Below are positions 1 through 12,239 of a DNA stretch of 64,000 nt, one piece after another. Source of the DNA: Octopus sinensis (lineage: Eukaryota); the NCBI RefSeq assembly GCF_006345805.1, contig NC_043005.1, positions 105,524,001 to 105,588,000 of the forward strand, written 5' to 3'. The first letter of the stretch is position 1. Each line of letters starts with the position of its first letter. Below the pieces are notes generated by a model, which was given only the letters and a program-made list of their open reading frames with translations, searched no databases and was not told the DNA's origin. Position numbers and translations under genes: made by a program.

Positions 1-170
1 GACCTTCCGACATGTTTCCGTCAGCCAAATTTCACTAATAAGGCTTTGAACGTCCCAGGGCTCTGATAGAAGCCACATTACTTAGATGTCATATTTAAAG
101 GTACATCAGATGCAAAGGATTACCGTCACTATATTTGCAATGTCTGTTTTTATTTCTATTTATTTCTTTA

Positions 171-557
171 CCAGCAGTATCGCCCGGCGTTGCTCGGGTT
201 TGTTTCGACTCTTTAGAATTAGAATTTTTGAAAAGTAAAAATTTTGCATTATGTAGCTTGTTATTCTCTTTAAGTGAACATTTTTCTAGTTGAAATACAC
301 CGAAAAATGGAGACACAGCAGTCACAAAATCGTAAAAATAGGGATTTTCATAGAAAAAAAAGCACCTTTTTGGTGTAAATAATTTTTGATGTTAACATAG
401 TCCAATTTGAATTTTTCTTCCACGGAATGAAGAGCAAGCCTTCTTCTATCATACTCTCAAATTTGGTCAACTTGTGCCGCAGGGTCTCGGAGGAGATAGT
501 GTTAGTTGAAGGCTCCCAAACCTGCCATACACAGACAACTTCAGCTTTATATATAGA
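171..557 (-). mobile_element. Complete short non-autonomous Helitron
   Basis: The minus strand starts TCTATATATAAAGCTG (Helitron 5' TC). It ends with the hairpin CCCGAGCAACGCCGGG about 8 nt before a CTGG terminus followed by T (CTRR|T). No TSD, no ORF. Confidence 0.75.
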
Positions 558-1150
558 GCGATTTATCTATACATTTTGTATTGGGATATTTTAAGTTTAA
601 GGGTCAAAAGTTAGAAATTTATTAAATCCCAACTTGATATTAGATTTGATATTACATTAAATTTGATGTTATTTCAATGACCATTCTCTGTTGTACCAGG
701 ATCTTGTTACATGTCTTCATCTTTTACTAGAACTATGGATTGTTGGAAAGATACTTATGTCATTAGCCTTGCTGATTGATGGAAACATATTGATTAGGAA
801 TAGAATTTAAAAAAACCCTCATTGTTACTCTTGTTAAAAACGAGAAAACGCGACCATTCGACATGCTAGAAAATGCAGACCAATTACGTTCTTCTGTCAA
901 AATACGCTCCAAGTATGGAAGACATATCGGAACATTCATTTTGTCATAGCTATGCAATGTCCGAGAAAACGCCTGTAGCCATGTGTCTGCTCAGTTCCGA
1001 ACGACCTTTCCCTAAACAACATCGAGAATTCTTTTACAGGATTCTGATTTTCTACAGCTGGTTTGGTTTTCTCGCTCTGTATCCCATACAGCCTTTCTTT
1101 CAACCATTTGATATTTCCGTTAAAACATTAGAATGCAGCTAAAATAAAGA

Positions 1151-1312
1151 GGCGCAGGAGTGGCTGTGTGGTAAGTAGCTTGCTAACCAACCTCATGGTT
1201 CCGGGTTCAGTCCCACTGCGTGGCATCTTGGGCAAGTGTCTTCTGCTATAGCCCCGGGCCGACCAATGCCTTGTGAGTGGATTTGGTAGACGGAAACTGA
1301 AAGAAGCCTGTC

Positions 1313-1358
<46 letters not shown>

Positions 1359-1590
1359 GTATGTGTGTGTTTGTGTGTCTGCGTTTGTCCCCCTAGCATT
1401 GCTTGACAACCGATGCTCGTGTTTTTACGTCCCCGTCACTTAGCGGTTCGGCAAAAAGAGACCGATAGAATAAGTACTGGGCTTACAAAGAATAAGTCAC
1501 GGGGTCGATTTGCTCGACTAAAGGCGGTGCTCCAGCATGGTCGCAGTCAAATGACTGAAACAAGTAAAAGAGTAAAAGAGAGAGAGAGAG
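1151..1590 (+). mobile_element. SINE family A (tRNA-type head, internal microsatellite, LINE-like 3' tail)
   Basis: Head GGCGCAGGAGTGGCTGTGTGGTAAG with B-box-like GGTTCAGTCC, a central (AT)n/(GTAT)n/(GT)n tract, and tail GGCGGTGCTCCAGCATGG..CAGTCAAATGACTGAAACAAGTAAAAGAG. Near-identical copies lie at 27592-27993 and 52600-52976. Confidence 0.9.
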
Positions 1591-2132
1591 TAATTTAAAA
1601 TTTTCCCACAGCATACAATTTCATATGAAGCATTGAGTTTGTGCATTTCTCTGAAGAACTTCTAGAGAAGGAGCATGAGTGACTGCCAGTTTCTAATTCG
1701 ATGAAGAGTTCTCAGAGTATCTTTGTGATAAATGGTCAGATGAGATCTTGCAAATAATGAATCTCTAATACTTTCCTTCTTATATAAATGAAAGAGTTAC
1801 AGCCTAAAATTTGGACATTAGATTCAATACTAGTTTCTTGGCTGCAATTAGAATCTACAAAACATTGTTTTCAATCGTTTTCGAATAACGTGAAAGGGAG
1901 GCAGTGGGGAACACCTTTACAGTGTTGTAGTCCCTGCACTCAATGGTATGGCTTAAGATTGAAGTGGCATGATATGAGGATAGTGAGCTGAGTCTTTCTG
2001 GTGCTGGTAATTCAGTAAGAAAATTTAGTAAAGAAATTTCAAATGTGTTCACACTGTACTTTGATTTAATGAAATACCAGTAAATCGATGTGGTTGAAGA
2101 AAACTTTTGCAAAAACTGTTACTGCTGTATTT

Positions 2133-2237
2133 CACTGCAAAGAGACACGTCCAGAGTATTCTGGTAAAAATTGTGAAAATAATTGCTTTTCAAATTGTAA
2201 CGAAAACAGTTGCCTAGAATCAAATCGCTTTATTTAA
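2133..2237 (+). pseudogene. Possible decayed EGF/laminin-EGF-like repeat exon (MEGF/SCARF-type)
   Basis: Translates HCKETRPEYSGKNCENNCFSNCNENSCLESNRFI*, matching the GxxCxxxCxxxCxxxxC spacing. One expected Cys is CGT (Arg). No clear splice sites. Confidence 0.35.
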
Positions 2238-3834
2238 CTCAAATATTAAACTTCAGTATTTGAGATACAAGTGCGAACGTGACTACATTTATAGAAAATG
2301 GCGACTGTCAACTTTCAGCTAATGTATTAGTATACGACATCTGGACCGGAAGTAACAATAATAATTTCAGATAAATATACACGATGTCTCTGAGCATTAT
2401 ACATTACAACATGGCGGGTTTACTGATAAAATTAGATATATTAGAAGATGACATTCCACTCTCATAGAAACAGAAAATCTAGAAAAGCAGAAAATTACGT
2501 AATTTAATCTTCCTTGCCAACGACATGCCACATCATATGTAGCTGCAATATTCGTTATTCTTTAAACTACTGGAAAGTATGCTCATAAACAATGGGTGGA
2601 ACGAAATATTAATAAAATGTCATTAAAATTATCTTACGCAGACAAAACCAGTTTCACATCATCTTTGACAAATACGAATCGAAGCTAACTGTATTTCTCT
2701 TCTTCACAAAATTTACGATCTGTCAGCGCGTCTGACGAAATTTCTCGTATCCTTTCTATGTTCGCCCTCGACGACACCGGAGCACATTTGTAATGGTTTT
2801 TGCCTTTCCCATGCACAATATTCGTAATATGGACAACGGGGACTTATTTGCTACATTGGGAATACCTAGTCTTAAATTGATTAAAAAAAAAGACGACTTT
2901 CTCAGATCAATGTTTATATTGGCCTCTGTGTGCGCACGCACGCCCGTGGCGGATACGTGAGTGTGCATTTTAATAAGTGTGTTTGTGTGAGTATGTGCAT
3001 ATGTCTGGGTGTGCACACTTTTCTCAATCTATCCAACAGGTTTGTCCACCTGCATTCAATAAACAAAATGCAACTTCTGTTACCAACGCTGCTTCAGCAG
3101 CAGCACCACCACCATCATCACCACCACCACCACCACCACCACCACCACCATTAACACCACAGCAACCGTCTCTTTACGCCAACGCTTCTCCATTCTTAAT
3201 ACATAGTAATGCGTGTTTAATTAAACTTACTTCTGAAATATTATATCATCACGGTTTTATACGAAAGACAATGAACATTGCACTTGAAATAAACTAAACA
3301 TTATCTTTCTCCTGGCTTGTTTAATCTATATATTCTTTTTACTTCTTATATTGCTTGTAATTATATGTAAATGTGTGCGTGTGTATAACTATGTAGGTGC
3401 ACGTGTGCGTTTACCTGTTTGCTTTAGACTTTCTTTTTCTCTATTTTCTCGAACTAATGAGTCAATGTATCCTCGCGTTTGTCAGTATGACTGTCTGTGC
3501 ATTTTAATGTGTGCGCGTGTGTATGTGTATATGTGCGCGCGTGTGTACGATCGTATGAGTATGATTGTGTATGTGAATGAACGAATGTGAATTGGATTGT
3601 TTGTATGTATGGTGTGTGTGTGGCTATACCTGTTGTGTTTGAGTATGATTGTAGGGAGCGTGTTAATGTAATCTACCCGAAGAGTCAACGTTTATCAGTA
3701 TTTCTGAAACAATACTGACACTATGTATAATTCCAGTTAACAATAACTCGGCAATGATCTTCTGGCAAAGTGGTGATGAAACAATTGTAATATAATGCAA
3801 TAAAACATATGGCTCATTCCATTCTCCTTGTGTA

Positions 3835-5070
3835 TCTATAAATATAAAATTTTCAGTGTGTGTGTGTGTGTGTATGTGTGTGTGCGTGTTTCTGTGTGTC
3901 ACCTGTATGCATCGCCAAACGGCTGGATCAATCTATTACAAATTTGGCATGAACGTTTTTCATTACTCGGGGAAGGTTCTAGAGGAGTTAAATTTTGGCC
4001 CTTATTGATATAGGGGGCGTAGCCCACACCCTTTACGAGCCTTCCGATTATTTTTTTAGCGGATTCCTATGTTTTCGATGACGTAGATTCCGAATATGCA
4101 AAAAAAAACATGTTTTCCAAATTTTTAATTCTTCCTCACCACAAATTCAAAATTTCTAACTTTTTTCAAATATTGTTTTTCAATTTAGGTGGGAAAATGC
4201 TGAGATTAAGAATATGGTAAACAATTTATTTATTTCAAATTTTGTATAAAGAACTCCAAAATTGATTCATACACCCCTCGTGACCCGTTGTCTAAAACTG
4301 AAAATGAACTGCTAAAAATAAACAGCTAAATGCTACCAAAATGTTACCAAAAACTTTAAAGCTTTACTTACTTGATCGATCTGTCATTGAACCAGGATTT
4401 TAATTTCATTTGATACACACTTTGCATTTAGGGAGAAATGCATCAGCAACTCAAGCTACCCTGTGGGGAGATGGTGCCAATGGTCTCAAAATGCATGTGC
4501 TTCCGAACATTGCACAAAACTTTAGAACTTGTCAATGGCTATGTGAGCGAGCCATCTTAGCTCCACGTAATGATGCTGTCGATATCTATTGGGATCTCTT
4601 GCAGCTGTTGCTGAGAGAAGAACAGTCTTTCAAATAAAGCGAGGACCAAACTGTCGTTTTCTCCAAATGAGTTCCTGAACTCTCTACAGCCACCTGGGAT
4701 GCCGCCTCACAGCTTAACACTTAAAAAGGGGTCCTAATCCTGCTGCTCAGGAATCTGGATCAACCTCGCCTGTGCAATGGTACTAGACTGCAACTCCATG
4801 TCCTAGAGGCAGAAATTATCACTGGAAAATATAAGGGAGAGGATGTGTTCATTCCCCAGATCCCGTTAATCCCATCTGACCCCCACCCTTTGAATTTAAA
4901 CAGCTCCATTACGCAGTGAAACTAAGTTTTGCTATGTCGATAAACAAATCTCAAGGACAATCTCTCAAGGCTGTTGGACTTAATCTTGCTTCTCCTTGCT
5001 TCTCTCATGGGCAATTATATGTAGGATGTTCACGAGCTGGAAGTCCCCAAACTCTTTTCACTTGTATCCC
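3835..5070 (+). mobile_element. Internally deleted Helitron with Pif1-type helicase remnant
   Basis: 5' end A|TCTATAAATATAAAATTTTCAG(TG)n. Frameshifted helicase segments read WLCERAILAPRNDAV, LLLRNLDQPRLCNGTRL and FAMSINKSQGQSL..VGLNL..PCFSHGQLYVGCSR (motifs V and VI). The Rep domain and the 3' CTRR end are not seen. Confidence 0.92.
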
Positions 5071-5290
5071 TTATATATATATGTATATATATATATATGT
5101 AGAGAGAGAGAGAGAGTAAACAAAGTTTAGAAACGTCGTGTGTGATTCGTAATTTCGGACACAGTATAGCAGTGAAACCAGCAGAAAGATTTAGTATTTC
5201 ATCCTCATAATACGAAAAATGTTGTCAGTAAACGGCCACGGGTCTCGAACTTGGAAGAGGATGCGTGGCGTTCAATCATATAATAATATA

Positions 5291-5336
<46 letters not shown>

Positions 5337-5392
5337 GCATATATACATGCTTAGATCTATACGTGTATATTTATATATATATATATGCATAT

Positions 5393-5845
5393 GTGGGGAC
5401 AAAAAAATACGAAGTACGAGTACATGGAATATGAACTATTTTTTCGAACAACGAAAAACATAAATGGAAAATAAGGCAAAGAACATAAAGAACGACCCTT
5501 CCTCAATTGTTGGCTGTTTTCCTAGTCTCGTATTTCGAGTATTTAACAACTATATACGCTTTCGATAAAACAGTTGCTCCCGCAAAGCAAATTAAATAAA
5601 ATTTGGGATTTTTGCGGAGGGGCAAAAGTGGTGACACAAACAGGACAGTGAAAACAAACAGGAAGGGCTGCTAGCCTAATCGAGGTTGTGGTAATGAACG
5701 CGTAAATCAAGCTTGCACAAGAAACAGAAAAGAACACGTGTTCATTCCCACGGCTACAACGGAAAGAAAGATGGCCGATGGTCCCGTAGGAGCCACGTGA
5801 ACAAGGGAGGAGGAGAGAGGGAGAGTGAGTAACAGAGTATTATTT
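5393..5845. repeat. Unclassified complex-sequence element between (AT)n tracts
   Basis: About 450 bp flanked on both sides by AT microsatellites, with a T-rich minus strand like the hammerhead-bearing elements. No intact ribozyme core found. Confidence 0.4.
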
Positions 5846-6116
5846 ATATACATATATATATATAAACATATAAATATACATATATATGTATATATATACA
5901 TGTATATATACATCTCTCTATATATGTATACATATATATATATGCACACATAGATATATAGATGTATATATACATATATATACATACGTGTATGTGTATA
6001 TATATATATACATATATATATATGCACACATAGATATATAGATGTATATATACATATATATACATACGTGTATGTGTATATATATATATATATATATGTA
6101 TATATAAATACATATA

Positions 6117-6327
6117 AAGCGGTGAGCTAGCTGAAACGTTAGCACGCCGGGCGAAATGCGGTATTTCATCTGTCTTTATGCTCTGAGTTAAAATTCCGCC
6201 GAGGTTGGCGTTGCCTTTCCTCCTTTTGGTCTCGATAAATTAAGTACCAGTTTCGTAATTAGGTCGATTTAATCGACTGGCTTCCTCCCTCCAATTTTCA
6301 GGCCTTTTGTGGAGAGTAGAAAAGAAA
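6117..6327 (+). mobile_element. SINE family C (tRNA-type head)
   Basis: Head GAGCTAGCTGAAACGTTAGCACGCCGGGCG, B-box-like GAGTTAAAATTCC, and core GCCTTTC..CCTTT.GG..TCGATAAATTAAGTACCAG shared with many other copies in the window. Confidence 0.85.
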
Positions 6328-6349
6328 TATATATATATATGTATATATT

Positions 6350-6850
6350 TAATGTAGGATAAAATTTTTTCGAAAAAAAATTTTATCAATGGCCAGCATA
6401 TTAGAAAATACATTTAAAGGTTAAATTTATAAACAACTTATAAATAAGGGCAAACGAAAAAATTTCTAATGCCGAAATTAGACACCCTGTCCATAACCAT
6501 ATAATTTTTCACAATGCGCACGCTACTCCAAAAAAGGTCAACAGAAATCTCTAAAAATTTCCATTATTACCATATCGGACCGATTTCAGGGTTAGTTCGT
6601 AAGAACCCTCCCTTCGTCAGTGATAAATGTGGCAAAGAAATAAATTAGATACTTACTCATACCCGTGGAAGAAGCAAAACACTAAGTCATGAGCACAACT
6701 AAGTACCCCAAATACATCCAAAATAAAAATACTCCAGCCCATTTTAGACACGTGCGATTTGAACTGAGGCTCTCACAGAGTGAGAGAGTCCAGAAGTGAA
6801 CACTATTACATTTTTTTTGAGTAGCGTGCGTATTGTGAAAAATTATAAGT
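6350..6850 (-). mobile_element. Hammerhead-bearing short non-autonomous element (Penelope-like/retrozyme-like)
   Basis: Non-coding unit of about 500 bp between (TA)n tracts. It contains a hammerhead fold at 6567-6626 and an inverted duplication (6500-6535 vs 6813-6847). Confidence 0.65.
6567..6626 (-). ncRNA. Type I hammerhead ribozyme
   Basis: Minus strand: TTATCA-CTGACGA-AGGG(AGGGTTCTTACGAACTAA)CCCT-GAAA-TCGG T CCGAT-A-TGGTAA. The core is perfect. Stem I is 6 bp (one G-U), stem II is 4 bp plus an inner GTTC/GAAC hairpin, stem III is palindromic, and the cleavage triplet is AUA (H17 = 6573). Confidence 0.85.
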
Positions 6851-6893
<43 letters not shown>

Positions 6894-7731
6894 AGAATTC
6901 ACACACACAAAAAAAGAAAAGAAAACAAAAGACGAACACAGATTTTGTATCGTTTCGAGCCTATGCTCACAGAAAAGAACACAAAAAAACAAGGAGAGAA
7001 AATAAAGAGAAAATAGAGAAAATAAAGAATGTGTAGCGGCTAGCGATCTATCTATCTATCTATCTATATCTATATATATATATATATATATCCATCCATC
7101 CTAGAATGTTACTTTGGTTCATACTGTATATAGTTGCAAAGATATTTTTCACAATGAATAATATCTGTAACATTTACAGAAGTAAGAAGATTCAATAGTT
7201 TTTGTGCCACCGCCTTAGCATTCATCCAGAAACCCAGAAGAAACATTGCCTCATAAAAGAATCATTTGAACAAGATTTTAATTTCTTTATGACTAGACTA
7301 AAGATTAATATTGATAATCAAAGGAGTATAGTTTGTCGTTATCCTGATAAAGGATTATGGAAGGATTATAAAAGGATTAGTATTAGCTTGAACTCTTGAA
7401 ACCAGTTTCATCGTAGTGAAAAAATGTCTGACAAATAGGAAATTTATTCTCTTTCTCTCTTATAAATATTCTTATATATACGTGTACACATATGCACACA
7501 CACACACACAAATATATATCTATGAAACGTGTGCGCGCGTGTGTATGCTTGTGTGTGTGTGTGTTCTAAAATAGATAAGTTCATAGATATCATAAGTACT
7601 TATGTACAGTTATGTCTGTAAATGTATTATTGTGTGTGTATGTAAGTGTGTGTGTAAGGAGTGTATAAGTGTATGAGCGTCTGTGCGTTTTTGTGTGCAA
7701 ATATATATATATACATATACATATATATATA

Positions 7732-7800
<69 letters not shown>

Positions 7801-7803
<3 letters not shown>

Positions 7804-8133
7804 AGCCGCAATTGCCCAGTGGTTAAGACAGCGAACACGCGGTCGTAGGATCGCGGTTTCGATTCCGAGACTCCGGCAGGGGTGGGGGTGGGGGGTGGCG
7901 AACCATACTGTACTCTTTCACCAAAGCTTTCTCTCACAATTTCTGTTGTACCTGTATTTCAAAGGGCCATTTTTAAGAACTTTGTGTCACGCTGAATCTT
8001 CCCCGAGAACTACCTTAAGGGTACACGTGACTGTGGCATGCTCAGCCACTTGCACGTTAACTTCACGTGCAGGCTGCTCCGTTGATCGGATCAACTGGAA
8101 CCTCGTCGTCGTAATCGACGGAGTGCCACGAAC
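7801..8133 (+). mobile_element. SINE family B (tRNA-Arg-like head), internally deleted
   Basis: Head TGGAGCCGCAATTGCCCAGTGGTTAAG..GGTTTCGATTCC. Body and tail are homologous to the reverse complement of 43600-43990. Confidence 0.85.
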
Positions 8134-8164
8134 ATATATATATATATGTGTGTGTGTGTGTGTC

Positions 8165-8203
<39 letters not shown>

Positions 8204-8654
8204 GCGCATATATACACGCACTCATACATGTATGAATATATATATATATATACCATGGACACGCTGCGTACACACATCCATATATTCATCTAGGTATTGC
8301 AAAACACAACAAAATTATGGAATATATAAAGATCAGAAATGGTAGATATTTCCCCACCAATTTATTCCTGCAATATTGCAATATCTACCATACGGGAACC
8401 TCTATCACTGATTTTTTTTTGTCGAGCACATTCATACGCTCATGAGATGTGTTTAGAGATAAATTGTAGTTGACACTTCAGAAAAGGATCCAAGTTATGC
8501 ATTGGACTTCATGTTGTTGTCTTCAAATTGCTGTTATTTTCAAAGTTCTATTTCAAACTGCGCCAAGTCCGGTTTTACCTCTCATCCTTTTGGAGTTGAT
8601 AAAATAAAGCACCGTTCAAATATTAGCACCACACTCTTCCCAAATTTTTGATCA

Positions 8655-8724
8655 CAATCATCATCATCGTCGTCATCATCATCATCATCATCATCATTGC
8701 CGTCGTCATCATCATCGTCATCAT

Positions 8725-8764
<40 letters not shown>

Positions 8765-8835
8765 ATCATCATCGTTATCATCATCGTCATCATCATCGAC
8801 ATCATCATCGTCGTCGTCATCATCATCGTCATCTA
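8655..8835. repeat. (CAT/CGT)n trinucleotide microsatellite
   Basis: Directly visible; it produces the poly-D, poly-M and poly-I ORFs in the track. Confidence 0.97.
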
Positions 8836-8859
8836 ACTGAATCGTTTTAAATTCAGACA

Positions 8860-9632
8860 ACATGCCTTCCGTTATTTTCTTCCCGACTCCTTATGTTATG
8901 AGTTCAAATCCTACCGAGGTCAGCTTTGTCTTTCATCCTTCCGAGGTCGATTAAATTAAGTACAAATCAACTACTAGTATCACTGATACTGACTAATCCA
9001 CTCACCTGAAATTCCTGACCTTCAGCCTAAATCTACAACTATAAATAGAGCGGCGAATTAGCAGAATCATCGAAGCGTTATGAAATATGCCTTGTGGTGT
9101 TTATTCCCGTTCTTTCTACTCTGAGTTCAATTCCTAATGGGATCAATATTGCCTTTCCTTCCTTCAGGATCGATACATTGAAGTACCATTCAAATAATGA
9201 GATCGATGGTAGTGACTAACGCACCCAGTCAATTTCAGTTCTTTACCTGCATTAGAAGAATTTCTTTGCGGTATTTCGTCTGCCGTTACGTTCTAAGTTC
9301 AAATTCCGCCGAGGTCGAATTTGCCTTTCATCCTTTCGAGGTCGATTAATTAAGCACCAGTTGTTTACTTGGGTCGATCAAATCGACTGGTTCCCTGCCC
9401 CCAAATTTCGGTCCTTGTGCCTAGAGTAGAAAAGAATTGTTAGCACATTGGGTAAACTGCTTAACGACATTTAGACCGTCTTTACGTTTTGAGTTCGAAT
9501 TCCATCGAGGGTCGAATATGTCTTTTATCCTTTCAGATTTGATAAAATAAGTACCAGTTACGCACTGGGGTCGATGCAGTCGTCTTCCCCTTTCCTTGAA
9601 AATGCTGGCCTTGGGCCAAAAATTGAAACTAG
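8860..9632 (+). mobile_element. Cluster of four co-oriented SINE family C copies of different ages
   Basis: The GAGTTCAAAT..CC and TCATCCTT.C.GGGTCGAT core occurs four times (approx. 8860-9040, 9047-9260, 9262-9437, 9438-9632). Confidence 0.8.
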
Positions 9633-10302
9633 TTTGATGCCTTCAGTGGTAGTGTTTGAGGTGATGGTAATGGTGGTGGTGGTAGTTATGATGACAGTGG
9701 GGAAGTGATAGTGAAACTGACGGTGGTGGTGTTTGTGACAGGAATAATACCGATTGTGAGGATGAGGATGGTGGCAGCAGTGATACTAGAGATGATGGTG
9801 ATGGCAGTGGTAGCGATGGTGGTAAGAAAAGGTTAAGATTGAATTATTCTGCCTCGGCAACTTTTTTGGAGACTAGCCATGGTAATGAAAGTAAATCTAC
9901 CTCCCACGCCTCCCACCCTGTTATACATACCACCCAGCTTACTGTCTCTTCCTATACACACACCTGGAAGCGTACACACACACACACACACGTTTGAATG
10001 TGATGTATGTACACACATCTATATAATATCGCCTGTTGGAGATTTCACTGCTTTTATTAAGGTTCATATTATAAATTTATGCGCGCGCGCACATACTTAC
10101 ACACATACACACATTCATACACACACACATTCACACACATACACACATTCATACACACACACATACACACGCGCCTCACAAACTCTGCTACATGGTTTGA
10201 ATATTTCCACTTCAGTTGGTACACCAAAACATGTCTGTGTTTGAGCGCACGTGGAATTTTGTGTGATTGTGTGTAAGGGTGCATAAGTAAGTGTTTCTGT
10301 GC

Positions 10303-10344
<42 letters not shown>

Positions 10345-10489
10345 TTGCGTGTGTGTATGTGTGTATCTGTGTGTGTGTATACGTGTATGGATAAAACAGT
10401 GGCTGCGTTGTACTTGGTACTATCTCTAAAATAACGAAGACTCAAAATCTATCGGTTGTAGAGTAAATAATTGGAGGGTCAATGTCTCA

Positions 10490-10650
<161 letters not shown>

Positions 10651-10689
10651 ATACGCACACATATACATGGGCGTGTCTAAAGGCTGTTG

Positions 10690-11690
10690 CGCATGCTCCC
10701 AACCTGTAGCATCCTAAGAAACTATTAAGCGTAACTTCCAATGACTTGAAGGAACTCCACATACTGTTTGAAGTGCAGAAATCGGGAAAACTCCATACCC
10801 GTGTCCCGGTTCCCTTGGGTCTCCGGGCCAAAGGAAACCGAGTAAAATCTCACCAAGACCAGCCTGTCTTGCCTCTGACCCATGGCATGGTGCAGAATCC
10901 TGGATAAGCACCATATTGTCCAGCCTAAACTTCTGTTCCATCCAAGGTAACAGAGGTATTTTCAAAATGTCCAGATACTCCTTTTTGCAGATCTTCAAAG
11001 CAGACTCAAGGAAGTGTGGATCCATAACGCATCCATCACTTGCCACCGCTCCAAATACCATCACAAAGGCAAGATTCTTAGTTCCAAACACACGAGGGGG
11101 CACGTCAGAAGTGTTGTACGCAATCACACGAGAATTTCTGCGATTCGCCTCGGCGTCGACTGTGAATTTATTCTCGTCCACAAACACGAGAGTTTTTCCT
11201 GCTCCTTGATGTTTGATGAATAACAGAATCTTTGGGTATCTCTCAGCTCGGATTGCTTTGGCCTTGGCAGTTAGCAGGTGACGGCATCGTCAACATAGCT
11301 AGTCATGCCAAGGCTCCTGTTCTCAGCTTTGGACACCGTGGAAAGGGACACATTGCGTCTCTTGAGGATAGATTGTCTTCAATCGAGCGCTTGAGGCCAG
11401 CGAGAAACTTTGGATTCCGCTTGGAAATCACTTCGAGTCTTGTGTTCTTTTCTATCAATCTTTCCCTCGTCTTTAAATTGTTTATATACACAACGAACTG
11501 TTGCTTTTGTAAGTTTCGTGAACTTAACAATTTTATTGGCAGTGTGCCATGACCTCTGCTGCTCCATAACTTTCTGTTGTTGAATCAGTTCGCTATTGAC
11601 CTGAAAAATAAAGGGGAGGTTTAGATTTTCAAGCAAGCACGGTTTTGTCAAAAAGTGAAATGTTGGAATCACGAAACCAACTGCTTAAAA
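10690..11690 (-). mobile_element. Decayed Tc1/mariner-superfamily transposon (maT/rosa-like)
   Basis: Minus ORFs read FVDENKFTVD..NRRNSR (first D), VMVFGAVASDG and LIQDSAPCH (second D), with an HTH-like segment KRNPKFLAGLKRSIEDN upstream and a degraded SPD-like segment downstream. Frameshifted; TIRs not resolved. Confidence 0.85.
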
Positions 11691-11752
11691 TTTGTCTCAA
11701 TTATATATATGTGTGTGTGTATATATATATATTGTACACACACACACACACA

Positions 11753-11891
<139 letters not shown>

Positions 11892-12239
11892 AATACACAC
11901 ACACACATGGACACCTACACAACCACACATGTGGTGGACTCTCGTGTTGCAAAAAGATAGATGGGTGCTCAGTAACTTTTTGCCGAACAACTTGCACAGA
12001 TTGTATCAAAGAAATGTTTGTGCTGTTCATTAGCTCACTGCCTCTATGGAAATGATATAACATTGTATAGGTGCATGGGGCGCAACGCTTCAAAAGTCGA
12101 AGAGATCGCAGAGCACCATGAAATGAAGAATAGAACGCACCATCAGGTTTGGGAATAGAAACTATAATATTACGATCGTGAAACGATATCCTCAACACTA
12201 GGTAACGCAACTTCAACTCCTTCCATATATACTAGAGCT

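Noticed and set aside
780-1100. Possible very old LINE RT fragment (KKTLIVTLVK..CRPITF)
   Set aside because: Only a weak motif resemblance across frameshifts; not enough to call.
5480-5600. TTGAGGA and GAAA motifs on the minus strand of the 5393-5845 element
   Set aside because: No consistent stems I-III could be built.
5927-6095. Apparent ~80-bp tandem duplication within the AT tract
   Set aside because: Higher-order slippage inside a microsatellite, or an assembly artefact; no independent signal.
6944-6976. Hammerhead-like remnant on the minus strand (CTGT-GAGC ATAG GCTC-GAAA-CGAT-A)
   Set aside because: Stem II and GAAA are present but the CUGANGA strand is reduced to CUGU. At best an inactivated relic.
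7801-7875. tRNA-Arg-like sequences (also 43915-43990 minus)
   Set aside because: These are SINE heads: the acceptor stem is incomplete and they continue into multicopy SINE bodies.
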